Below, piece after piece: positions 9,573 through 18,414 of a stretch of DNA of 64,000 nucleotides (positions within the stretch are counted from its first letter, which is position 1; the number at the start of each line of letters is the position of its first letter). Location: contig DAHWUP010000001.1 in the NCBI GenBank assembly GCA_027334565.1, forward strand, positions 16,674 to 80,673, written 5' to 3'. The stretch comes from Candidatus Levyibacteriota bacterium. Lineage in GTDB: Bacteria; Patescibacteriota; Microgenomatia; Levybacterales; UBA12049. The notes under the pieces were generated by a model. That model ran no database searches. It saw only the letters and a program-made list of their open reading frames with translations, and was not told the DNA's origin. Made by a program: the position numbers and the translations under genes.

Positions 9573-11023
9573 TTGCCTAAATTCTCCTTAACCAATCTAA
9601 AATCCGAGATAATCTGTTCTTTAGCAATTATAAAGCTAACGCCGAAGTATATCAAAGCACCTACTCCGCACATTAAAATGGCCAGAATCAAATTTTTTAC
9701 AAAAATGGGGCTTAAAAAATATACCGCTATTCCCATCACCGTCGACGCGGCAACGGGAACTGCGGTGGTCGAAAATATGCTGAAGTTAACGTATCTTTTA
9801 GATATCCAAACCACGGCAACGACCGACAGGGAAATGATCGCCGAGGCAACCGCTACCCCGTTAAAGCCGTAGAAAATGATCAGCGCCGGTGTTAAAACCC
9901 AGGTGGCTACGGTCCAAAAAACCATCAGATACAGGGAAATTTTTATTTTCCCGATGGCGTTTAGGGCATTGGTCAAAGGAGTGGTTATAGAAGAAAGGGC
10001 GGCGTTGACGGAGAAAAACATTAAAGACAGTACGGCGGGTTCCCATTTTAAGTATTTGGGGATGAAATGGACAAAATAAGGCGCCATTATAACTAATCCG
10101 GTAAGCGCCGGGAAGATGATGAAACAAGAGGCAAACAGTGCTTTTTCGATCGCCTTGGTGAGTACATCTTTATTGTGTTGCAGTCTTGAGAACGAAGGAA
10201 AAGTGATCCTGATAACATTATCCATAATCAGCCTCAACGGCATATAGGCCCATTTTTGGGCGAACCCGATATAACCGACCTGCGCGATAGGCAATGCTTT
10301 TCCAAGATAAGCCACGAACAGATCGTCCTTGATAAGTCCCAAGAAACTGTTTGTCTGAAACGGAATTCCGAACGAAAGAAGCTTTCGGGCGGACTCTTTG
10401 GAAAAGCCGAAACCGATTCTCCATGGTCTGATAATATAAATTGCGATAAGTCCAGCTACGCCTCTTACCAAAACTGCCAAGGTAAAACTGGTCACACCGA
10501 ATCCAAGGTATGCAAACACCACGGCGATGACGCTAAAGAAGAAAACCTCCACGATTTGTGGGATAACCAACTTTTCAAACTGCAAATCTCGTTCCAGAAT
10601 TATCGAAGGAATGGTTTTTAAGGATGAAAGGAAAAAAGATATTGCGAGCGCCTGATAAAGCATTACTTCTTCCGCTTTTAGGTTATAAAATTTAGCCACG
10701 AATGGAGAAAGCAATAGCGCGACTATGACAACCGTGACCACCAAAGCCTGCTGGATCGTGAATGTTGTACGAAGTTCCGTTTCGGTGATCTGTTCTTTTT
10801 TTTGGATCAATGCGGCAGCCAACCCGATGTCGGAGAAGTAGGACAAGAAAGCGATCGCCGCCGAAACGACAAAATATACTCCGAAAACCGCCGGCGATAA
10901 GAAAATCGTCAACAGTAAATTACTGAAGAAACTGACCAGTTGGATGACAAATGTTCTCGATGTAAGAGCAAAAATGCCTTTGATAGATCTTTTGGTCACG
11001 ACCGCGATGTCGATTTCTTCCAT
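9569..11023 (-). CDS. Wzx-like polysaccharide/oligosaccharide flippase (MOP superfamily)
   Basis: 484 aa, about 12-14 TM. N-terminal SIKGIFALTSRTFVIQLVSFFSNLLLTIFLSPAVFGVYFVVSAAIAFLSYFSDIGLAAALIQ is typical of polysaccharide-biosynthesis (Wzx) proteins. Confidence 0.7.
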   Translation of the reverse strand: MEEIDIAVVTKRSIKGIFALTSRTFVIQLVSFFSNLLLTIFLSPAVFGVYFVVSAAIAFLSYFSDIGLAAALIQKKEQITETELRTTFTIQQALVVTVVIVALLLSPFVAKFYNLKAEEVMLYQALAISFFLSSLKTIPSIILERDLQFEKLVIPQIVEVFFFSVIAVVFAYLGFGVTSFTLAVLVRGVAGLIAIYIIRPWRIGFGFSKESARKLLSFGIPFQTNSFLGLIKDDLFVAYLGKALPIAQVGYIGFAQKWAYMPLRLIMDNVIRITFPSFSRLQHNKDVLTKAIEKALFASCFIIFPALTGLVIMAPYFVHFIPKYLKWEPAVLSLMFFSVNAALSSITTPLTNALNAIGKIKISLYLMVFWTVATWVLTPALIIFYGFNGVAVASAIISLSVVAVVWISKRYVNFSIFSTTAVPVAASTVMGIAVYFLSPIFVKNLILAILMCGVGALIYFGVSFIIAKEQIISDFRLVKENLGK

Positions 11024-11024
11024 A

Positions 11025-11726
11025 TTAAAAATTCAGTTCTTTCCAAAGCAGGAGACTTTCTTTGACCGCGCGAAGAATCACCCTTAAATTCCCTCCCGTC
11101 TGGTCTCCGTAAATTCTCGGGTAGTGGTTCACTTCGACCTGGACGATTTTAAGATGTGCTTTTTTGGCTTTTGCCAAAATCTCCGTCGTGATCATCGCTC
11201 CTTCGGATTTAAGCGGCCTGATCTTATCAATGGCCTCTTTCCTGAATAATTTGAACCCGCAATCAATATCCTTATAATAAAATCCGAATAGTATAAGATC
11301 CCAGATCTTCAGTAAATTCATCAGAATATGCCTGAACGGGTTATCCCTTCTTCTCTTACGGTGTCCGATGACGATATCGGCGTGATCGATCTTATCCAAA
11401 AATTTAGTTACTTCGGAAAAATCGAACTGACCGTCGCCGTCGTTAAAAACGATGTACTTGTATTTTGCGTTATCAAAACCCTCTCTTAAGGCGGCACCAT
11501 AGCCTCGGTTGGGCCGATGCGATATCAGCTTCAGGTTGTCATTGCGGGCCTCGAGTTTTTTGGCGATTTGGGCGGTATCGTCGGAAGAGCCGTCGTCGAC
11601 CATGATTATTTCCCATCTGTCTGCCACTTTTTCGGCAACGGGGATGGCTTTCTCAACCACACGTTCGATATTTTTGCCCTCGTTCCAAAAGGGGAAAAAA
11701 ATTGTCAGTTCCGAAATTTTATTCAT
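11025..11726 (-). CDS. polyprenol-phosphate glycosyltransferase (GT2, DPM1/GtrB/ArnC-like)
   Basis: FPFWNEGKNIERVV...EIIMVDDGSSDDTAQIAKKLEARNDNLKLISHRPNRGYGAALREGF...FNDGDGQFD. Classic dolichol/undecaprenol-phosphate sugar synthase motifs. Confidence 0.8.
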   Translation of the reverse strand: MNKISELTIFFPFWNEGKNIERVVEKAIPVAEKVADRWEIIMVDDGSSDDTAQIAKKLEARNDNLKLISHRPNRGYGAALREGFDNAKYKYIVFNDGDGQFDFSEVTKFLDKIDHADIVIGHRKRRRDNPFRHILMNLLKIWDLILFGFYYKDIDCGFKLFRKEAIDKIRPLKSEGAMITTEILAKAKKAHLKIVQVEVNHYPRIYGDQTGGNLRVILRAVKESLLLWKELNF

Positions 11727-13447
11727 CTATGTCTCTTCTTATGAATTATACCAGTAACCAGTAGCAACATACCAGCAATGGAGACCAAATCCGCCGTTTT
11801 TTCGATAGGAGTTTGGTCGTAACTTAAAGTCACCGTATGATTCCCGGCGGCTAAATTGATCAAAATACCCTTTTGCACCGAAGAAAAACCGGTTTTTTGC
11901 CCGTCCACCTTGATGTTCCAGAAGGGGAAATACGCAATCGGGATAAGTATTGCTACGTTGCTGTCGGAATAAGTAGTAAAATCATAATTCTGGGGGTCTA
12001 TTTTCAGATAATCCACCAAAGCGCTGCCGTAAACCGTCTTTACTTTTCCGTCGGAAACCTGATCCGGATTTTGGGGTACGAAAAAACCGGGAGGCATATA
12101 TTCATAAGTCAGGCGGGAAACCAGCCATTTGACCGCATAATCGCTGGTATACAAGGAGGGGTTACTGCCGTATATTCCCGCATACTCTATAGAACCGTTA
12201 TGGCTGGTCGGTGAGGTAAAAAAATATTTTGTGCTCACCAATATTAGTGTTAATATCAAAAGCGAAGCGACTCCAAATTTAAAATGCTTCGGGTATTTTT
12301 TGACCGGCAGATATTCCAGCAACTTTACGAACAAACCGGCAAGGATGGCACAAAAGAACAATACCATCAACAGGAATCGCCACGGAAACTGAAAATAATT
12401 CATCAGGGGAATATTCTGCCAGATAAAATCGGAATAGCTTAGGGTTAGAAAAGCGGAAAAAGCCAGTCCGAAAAATGAGACCAAAGCAATCAGTAACCAC
12501 TTTCTCGTCTCTTTTTTCTTTTTATAAAAATAAACGGTAATAGCTAAGATCAAGGCTATGAGCGAAATCAAAATTTGGCTTTTTCCTATCATAAAAGACA
12601 TCCCGTCCACGCACCCCGGCACCGAACCGCCGAAACCCCAGGGGCTGGTCCAAAGCTGCGTCAAGCAGACAAAATTGTTTTGATAGCCTCCTACTTGTGA
12701 CAAAACATTTGAATATTTCATTTCCGACAACGCCGGAAGCCAGTAAAAACAAGAGACCAAAACCCCGAGAATTAAACCCGCGAAAAGGTACAAATAAGTT
12801 TTCTTCTCGCGCTTAAAAGGTACGAACGCAAGTATCCAGACAAAGACGAAAAGGAAGGGGAAAACCATCATCGCCGTTAGGTTATGGGAAAGAATTATGC
12901 CGGCAAAGCCCAAGGCGGCAGTAGCCACACCCTTAAAGTTTTTTTCTCTGAAAGTTTTTAAAACGCCATAAAAAGCAAGGGGAATAAAGGCATAGGCCCA
13001 AAATTCAGCCACGTCTCCCCTGACATAAATGTCAACCGCATGATACGGAGCGTAAACATAAAACAGTGCCGATACGATACCCGCCAATTTACCGAACAAC
13101 TCATCGGCGAGCAGGTACATGAACACTCCCGAAAGCAAAATTCCAAGGGCCATCATCGCTTTCGCGGAAAACAACGGGTCAAATCCCAAAAGATTAAAAA
13201 ATGAACCGGCATAATAAGCAAGCGGGGCATAAAAATTGAAAATCGGGTAACCATAGCCAAAACCCAGATCCTGTACCCATCGGACCGGGAACATCCCGCT
13301 TTTTAGCGATTTGGTCATCTCAAATACCCTTTGAACCTGGGTATCGTCATGAACCGGGAAGAACCCCGGATGCAAAAGCGGGGCAATTGCGAAAAAAGAC
13401 AAAACTATCACCAATACCAACGGTAAAAATCGCTTTATTTTTTCCAT
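11723..13447 (-). CDS. YfhO-related GT-C-like polytopic membrane protein (paralog A)
   Basis: 574 aa. N-terminal FPVHDDTQVQRV...YGYPIFNFYAPLAYY...YVYAPYHAVDIYVRGDV and C-terminal YFPFWNIKVDGQKT...GNHTVTLSYDQTP resembling the YfhO C-terminal module. Aligns end-to-end with 13435..15087. Confidence 0.55.
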   Translation of the reverse strand: MEKIKRFLPLVLVIVLSFFAIAPLLHPGFFPVHDDTQVQRVFEMTKSLKSGMFPVRWVQDLGFGYGYPIFNFYAPLAYYAGSFFNLLGFDPLFSAKAMMALGILLSGVFMYLLADELFGKLAGIVSALFYVYAPYHAVDIYVRGDVAEFWAYAFIPLAFYGVLKTFREKNFKGVATAALGFAGIILSHNLTAMMVFPFLFVFVWILAFVPFKREKKTYLYLFAGLILGVLVSCFYWLPALSEMKYSNVLSQVGGYQNNFVCLTQLWTSPWGFGGSVPGCVDGMSFMIGKSQILISLIALILAITVYFYKKKKETRKWLLIALVSFFGLAFSAFLTLSYSDFIWQNIPLMNYFQFPWRFLLMVLFFCAILAGLFVKLLEYLPVKKYPKHFKFGVASLLILTLILVSTKYFFTSPTSHNGSIEYAGIYGSNPSLYTSDYAVKWLVSRLTYEYMPPGFFVPQNPDQVSDGKVKTVYGSALVDYLKIDPQNYDFTTYSDSNVAILIPIAYFPFWNIKVDGQKTGFSSVQKGILINLAAGNHTVTLSYDQTPIEKTADLVSIAGMLLLVTGIIHKKRHR

Positions 13448-15087
13448 AATTTTTTAGCCTTCATCAAAGGAAAAGAAATAAAATAAATAACAAGTCCCAG
13501 GAAACTAATTAGCGAGATGATATCGCTGAATAATCTTAAGGGAGTCTCCGTAAAAAACCCCTTTACGTAGTGCTGACCGGACAAAACCGCGATCTCCATC
13601 ACTCCCATCGGATTATTGTACCCGATACCAACAAGCCGTCCGTCCACACTTATCTTCCAGCCGGGATAATAAATAGTATTAATGGTCACCGATTCCGCTT
13701 TGGGAAGACTTAAGGAAAATGATATTTTTTTGGAATTTTGAGTAAGATCGCTAACTGTACCCGACGAAACTTCCACCTTCTTGTTCCAGGACCGGAGAGG
13801 TTGCTGCTTTACCCATAACGGCATCAATTCGTTTGAGGAGGTGGTCGTTCCCTGGTTGGTTAGATAAAATGCATCACCCCGGTTAACGTAACCGGAAGGT
13901 TTGGCATAAGGAAGGTCGACGACGACGGCAAATAACGTTAATAATAAACCTATCATCAGATAAACCTTGCCTTTATTGACCAAATATCCTGCCATAAGGC
14001 TGACCGTGAACATGACGATTGCAAGCATCGTCCAGGGATAATTGATCTCCGAAAGAAACGGCGTATGCGACCAGACAAACGACGTAAAGGAGAAAAATAA
14101 AAGTGATAAACAAAGGGTTGAAATTATTAAAAACAAACCGAGTAGTTCATCTCTGTCTTTATGCTTAACGATATTTTTTACAACCAGAAACAGGACCAAT
14201 AAAAATACAGCCGCTTGCGCGAGTCCTATTTGGTAACCGAAACCGTTTGGGTCAGTCGGTACACCGTAACCCCATTTTGGAATAATCAGCTGGAGCGGAT
14301 TAACGAAGTAAAGATTTCTGTCTGCTATCGGAATTTTAGATAGCAAGATCATGTTCTTTTCAAAAATCGCGGGTATCCAAAAAAACGCTGCCAGACAAAG
14401 GGAAAAAATAAATGACAAGGTAAGCCTTACGAAAAATTCTATTTTTTTGGCAAATAACGCCCAAAGAAAAATAAAGCCGATAAAAAGACCGAATAAAACG
14501 GTCATGATGTTATGAGTGGCGATCAATAGACCAAAGGTTGTACCGGTAAAAAGCATGCCCACAAGGTCCTTTTCTTCGTAAATGCGTTTGACGCCCAAAA
14601 TGATCAATGGAAAAAGGACAAAAGACAAGGACTCCCCTATAGAGCCGCGGACATACAAATCGACCAGACGGTACGGAACATATATGTATAATACGGCACT
14701 GACCAAACCCGCCCATTTGTTCCGCCACAATGAATCAGATAAAAGAAACATTGAAAAAAAGGAAAAAATCACACTTAGGGCAAACAGTAACTTAATGCTT
14801 CCGACAAACCCGAATTTTAAAAATACGAAAATGAGTCCCAAGTAGTAAGGTAACGGATAGGCAAAGTTGAATAACGGATAACCGTACTGAAAATTAAGAT
14901 AACCGCTATACCTTGCCGGGAATTGCAAGTCCTTCACCTCCCGGTACATGTCGGACAGCCGAACCACGGCCCATTCCCCGTCATGCGTCGGGAAATAGCC
15001 GGTTTTAAAATAAGGCAGGATCAGCGGTATACTGACGATTAAAGAAAGCAGCAATACTTTGAAATAAAAAATGATTATCTTTTTCAT
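13435..15087 (-). CDS. YfhO-related GT-C-like polytopic membrane protein (paralog B)
   Basis: 550 aa. FPTHDGEWAVVRL...YGYPLFNFAYPLPYY...YIYVPYRLVDLYVRGSI and C-terminal YYPGWKISVDGRLV. Tandem paralog of the preceding gene. Confidence 0.55.
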   Translation of the reverse strand: MKKIIIFYFKVLLLSLIVSIPLILPYFKTGYFPTHDGEWAVVRLSDMYREVKDLQFPARYSGYLNFQYGYPLFNFAYPLPYYLGLIFVFLKFGFVGSIKLLFALSVIFSFFSMFLLSDSLWRNKWAGLVSAVLYIYVPYRLVDLYVRGSIGESLSFVLFPLIILGVKRIYEEKDLVGMLFTGTTFGLLIATHNIMTVLFGLFIGFIFLWALFAKKIEFFVRLTLSFIFSLCLAAFFWIPAIFEKNMILLSKIPIADRNLYFVNPLQLIIPKWGYGVPTDPNGFGYQIGLAQAAVFLLVLFLVVKNIVKHKDRDELLGLFLIISTLCLSLLFFSFTSFVWSHTPFLSEINYPWTMLAIVMFTVSLMAGYLVNKGKVYLMIGLLLTLFAVVVDLPYAKPSGYVNRGDAFYLTNQGTTTSSNELMPLWVKQQPLRSWNKKVEVSSGTVSDLTQNSKKISFSLSLPKAESVTINTIYYPGWKISVDGRLVGIGYNNPMGVMEIAVLSGQHYVKGFFTETPLRLFSDIISLISFLGLVIYFISFPLMKAKKLWKK

Positions 15088-16736
15088 GTTCCGACAATCC
15101 TGTAGGCAACTTGACCGTTTAGGTAGTAAATCGTGTCTATCAATCCGTTGGTGTTTGCGGGGATTTCGGAAGGGCTTCCGATCAAAAGCGTGTCTTTAAG
15201 CTGAGAATCTTTTCCCCAGTCGATGTTTCGAAAGTCATACTTCCCGATAACCCTTTCCATTCTCGGCACCTGTCCGGTACCCAAAAAATTCCAGTGCTTT
15301 TGATACCATGCGGGGTCGATCTTATCGTAAAACAGATAATAGATATATGGCTGGTCGTATTGATACGTAAAAATGACCTTTTGGTATTTATTTTCCAGGG
15401 ATTTTGCTTCTGCCACAGCCTGTTTATTGCCGTATTGCCAAAAGTAGCCGTACCAAACCGGCGTATCTATGTAATATTGATGAAGATAATAGACAAAATT
15501 TACCAAGAACAAAACCGATACTATTAATAATAAGACCTTCTTCCCGGTTTTTGCCTCGTTGAAAAAAAGATAGAAAAAGCCGCAGGCTGTAAATATCGAA
15601 AAGGCCGGAGACATGGCGATAGCCCGGACCGGATGCGGGGCGCCGGTAGAAATCGCTGCCGGCAAAGGCGCGATCAAAAATAGAACCAATAATAATAAGG
15701 TGTTTTTTGTTCGTTTTTTTAAAAGCATGAAAACGCCGATCAGGATAAACGGCAAATCCCACAGATAAAGCATACCCATATCCACAGCGTGATGCTGTAC
15801 CCCTCCGTCACCGTGAAAGAAAAGAAAATCCGGATTCCAGTGAGCAAAATATGATTTGGCGATAAGAAGCGAATAGACTATTCTTCGGTTATGCACAATG
15901 GTACCCAACCAGTCTCCATGCGACTGGTCATAGGCTAATTCGTTGACCGAGTTCCCAAGAGCGTTGGGATCGGTGAAAACCGAAACCATGTCAAGCCTGG
16001 CCGCAGAACCGCTGGTGCCGAAAAAACTTAAACCGATGGGAAGACACATGATCGCCGCCAAAACAATTGCAATCAAATAATATTTTTTGTCCGTCCAGAT
16101 CTGTTTGAAATAAAAAATCAAATAAACCAAAAGAAACAGAGGTGTAACCAACCGGAAACTGTGGTACGAATACATGCTGAAGACAAAAGAGAGAGCGGAA
16201 ATAAAAATTATCTTGGGCTTTTTTAAAGCGAGTATAAGCAGCCAAAAACCCAAAAGAAAGAAGAAAAGACCGACGTTCCCTTCAAAAGCCGCTCTTGAAA
16301 ACTGCAGTGCCCAAGGAGAAACCCCGTAAAAAAAGGCGGCGATCAATGCCAGCTTTTCCCTCCGGTCTTTTTCCAAATTATCAAAAATCTCCTTGGTCAA
16401 TAAATAGATGACGATTACCGATAAAAAACCAAGCGTGGCCGATGGTAGTCTGGTCGCAAACTCATTCAGGCCGAATACGGCAATGCTTGGAACTGCCAGA
16501 TAGACATACATCGCCGGTTTATAGTCGTCGAATGAACGGATGCTTAAGGGTAAAAAATTCCCGTATTCGTCCGCGCCGGTTTTAAGGATAGAATAAGCGT
16601 TATAGCCAAGCGATGTTTCATCCCAGTCAAGACTGGGCGGATTAACTCCCAACTGATAAAACCTTAGGATAAAAGATATGCAAAGGATGCCAATCAGAAT
16701 AATTTTAAAAAGATTAGCATAAAAGAATTTAGTCAT
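15084..16736 (-). CDS. GT39/PMT-ArnT-like GT-C glycosyltransferase
   Basis: Signature first-loop motif DWDETSLGYNAYSILKTGADEYGNFLPL. 550 aa polytopic. Confidence 0.8.
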   Translation of the reverse strand: MTKFFYANLFKIILIGILCISFILRFYQLGVNPPSLDWDETSLGYNAYSILKTGADEYGNFLPLSIRSFDDYKPAMYVYLAVPSIAVFGLNEFATRLPSATLGFLSVIVIYLLTKEIFDNLEKDRREKLALIAAFFYGVSPWALQFSRAAFEGNVGLFFFLLGFWLLILALKKPKIIFISALSFVFSMYSYHSFRLVTPLFLLVYLIFYFKQIWTDKKYYLIAIVLAAIMCLPIGLSFFGTSGSAARLDMVSVFTDPNALGNSVNELAYDQSHGDWLGTIVHNRRIVYSLLIAKSYFAHWNPDFLFFHGDGGVQHHAVDMGMLYLWDLPFILIGVFMLLKKRTKNTLLLLVLFLIAPLPAAISTGAPHPVRAIAMSPAFSIFTACGFFYLFFNEAKTGKKVLLLIVSVLFLVNFVYYLHQYYIDTPVWYGYFWQYGNKQAVAEAKSLENKYQKVIFTYQYDQPYIYYLFYDKIDPAWYQKHWNFLGTGQVPRMERVIGKYDFRNIDWGKDSQLKDTLLIGSPSEIPANTNGLIDTIYYLNGQVAYRIVGT

Positions 16737-18414
16737 ATACGATCCTGAATGCTTTTGTTCCGTCTTTTCTTAATATGAAGGAGTATTTTCTGTACCTTAA
16801 GGTCTTGTTGCTCGGGCAAGTCCCGTTATCGATGAACAACGCATTTTTTAATTTGGCAATTTTAGGAGATTTGTCTATCGAAGGACAAGCCGCAGTAGCA
16901 AATACAAATTTGCCAAAACCTCCGTCAGGCGGATCCTTAGGTGACCCTTCTGCCTGATATAGAGCCGGAGGATATTTCATGTAGAATAAGACCAAAGGAT
17001 AAATTCCACCAAATGATTTGGAAATGACGATATGATCATATTTGGAGTAATTTTCCTTGACCACATCCATCATATTCGCAAATCCTTCATACCTATACCA
17101 ATTCTGATGGATCTGGGATTGTATAAAATACTGAAAAGAAAAATAACTAAAATTACAAACAAGCAACAGAGCAAAAATACCTATGAATGCCTTATAAGTT
17201 ACGCCGGAAAATTTTTCGGCCAGTTTAATAAAACCGTATACGGCGATCATATCGATAATGGGGAACATGACTATCGCACGTTGTAAATTCGGAATATCAT
17301 CGGTCGTAAAAGCTGCGGTCACGGGTGCAAGCACAAGCCAGATCAAAGGGAGCTTGTGATAAATGTCTTTTGAAGACAAAAGGTAGTACGCCCCGAACAA
17401 AATAAAAGGCAATTCTATCAAATAGATCAACCCCATTGAAGGCACCTTGTACCAGATCGGCAATCCTCCCTGAATAAACAAAAATTGTCCCGAGAAATAA
17501 TCAAGATAATTAGAAACTAGCGCGAGGGAATAATCGATAACCTTGTTATGGACAACCCTTGTCACCAGCGCCGGAATGCCCATAACTCCGGATTCCCTTA
17601 TCTGTTCTGCCAAAACCAGCCCTACATGAGGATCGCCAAATATGTTTACCTCGTTGAATCTCCCCGTTCCTCCCGGAATAAGAAATACCAACGCAAACGA
17701 AACAAAAGAAAGAAGCACGAAAGAAACAACCAAAGACATTTTCAGCTTGGTACCGAATTTTTTCCAAACCGGATAAAGAAAACCGAGCGTCACAAGAAAA
17801 AGCAGGGGTACGAAAACCCTCGGGGTGTGATAAAAGAAAAAGCTTAAAGTGAGAAAAAATGAACCGATAAAAAAATACGAAGCTTTCTTGGTCTTTAATC
17901 CCAAAATAACGATCAGATAACCTGTGATTATCAAAAAAAGACAAACGATAGTTTCGGCACTTGCTCTGGATAAGACAACACTCCACGGCGCGACCGACAT
18001 CAGCAAAGCCGAAATAAGGCTGATTTTTTTATTTTTGAATAAAATCTGAGCCAGAAAGAAAAATGGAATTACGGAAAATGCACCGAATAATGCGCCCGGC
18101 AGGCGCGTTGCGAATACGGTTAAACCTAAAAATTTTATCGGTAAGATAGTTAAGTAATGGTATCCGGTAGGCCTCTCGTCACCGAACATATTGATATAGA
18201 GAGGAAAAGCGTGATTGCTTTCATCTTTTCCGGTCATAAGTAACGAATAACCGTTGTAACCAAGCGAAGCTTCATCAATATGAAAACCCAATGGCACGTT
18301 GCTCAGGTTATACAACCTGATAAATAATGCACCCAACAATATCAGTCCCAAAAAAACCGCCGTGAGCAACTGTTTTCTACTTATTCTTTTTAACATGCCA
18401 ACTAATGATACCAT
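16729..18414 (-). CDS. GT39/PMT-ArnT-like GT-C glycosyltransferase (tandem paralog)
   Basis: FHIDEASLGYNGYSLLMTGKDESNHAFPLYINMFGDERP. 561 aa polytopic. Confidence 0.75.
   Translation of the reverse strand: MVSLVGMLKRISRKQLLTAVFLGLILLGALFIRLYNLSNVPLGFHIDEASLGYNGYSLLMTGKDESNHAFPLYINMFGDERPTGYHYLTILPIKFLGLTVFATRLPGALFGAFSVIPFFFLAQILFKNKKISLISALLMSVAPWSVVLSRASAETIVCLFLIITGYLIVILGLKTKKASYFFIGSFFLTLSFFFYHTPRVFVPLLFLVTLGFLYPVWKKFGTKLKMSLVVSFVLLSFVSFALVFLIPGGTGRFNEVNIFGDPHVGLVLAEQIRESGVMGIPALVTRVVHNKVIDYSLALVSNYLDYFSGQFLFIQGGLPIWYKVPSMGLIYLIELPFILFGAYYLLSSKDIYHKLPLIWLVLAPVTAAFTTDDIPNLQRAIVMFPIIDMIAVYGFIKLAEKFSGVTYKAFIGIFALLLVCNFSYFSFQYFIQSQIHQNWYRYEGFANMMDVVKENYSKYDHIVISKSFGGIYPLVLFYMKYPPALYQAEGSPKDPPDGGFGKFVFATAACPSIDKSPKIAKLKNALFIDNGTCPSNKTLRYRKYSFILRKDGTKAFRIVYD

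Noticed and set aside
17546-17986. 146-aa and 99-aa ORFs on both strands inside the GT39 gene 16729..18414
   Set aside because: They are embedded in or antisense to a well-supported polytopic GT39 gene. They have a Cys/Arg-rich, non-protein-like composition.
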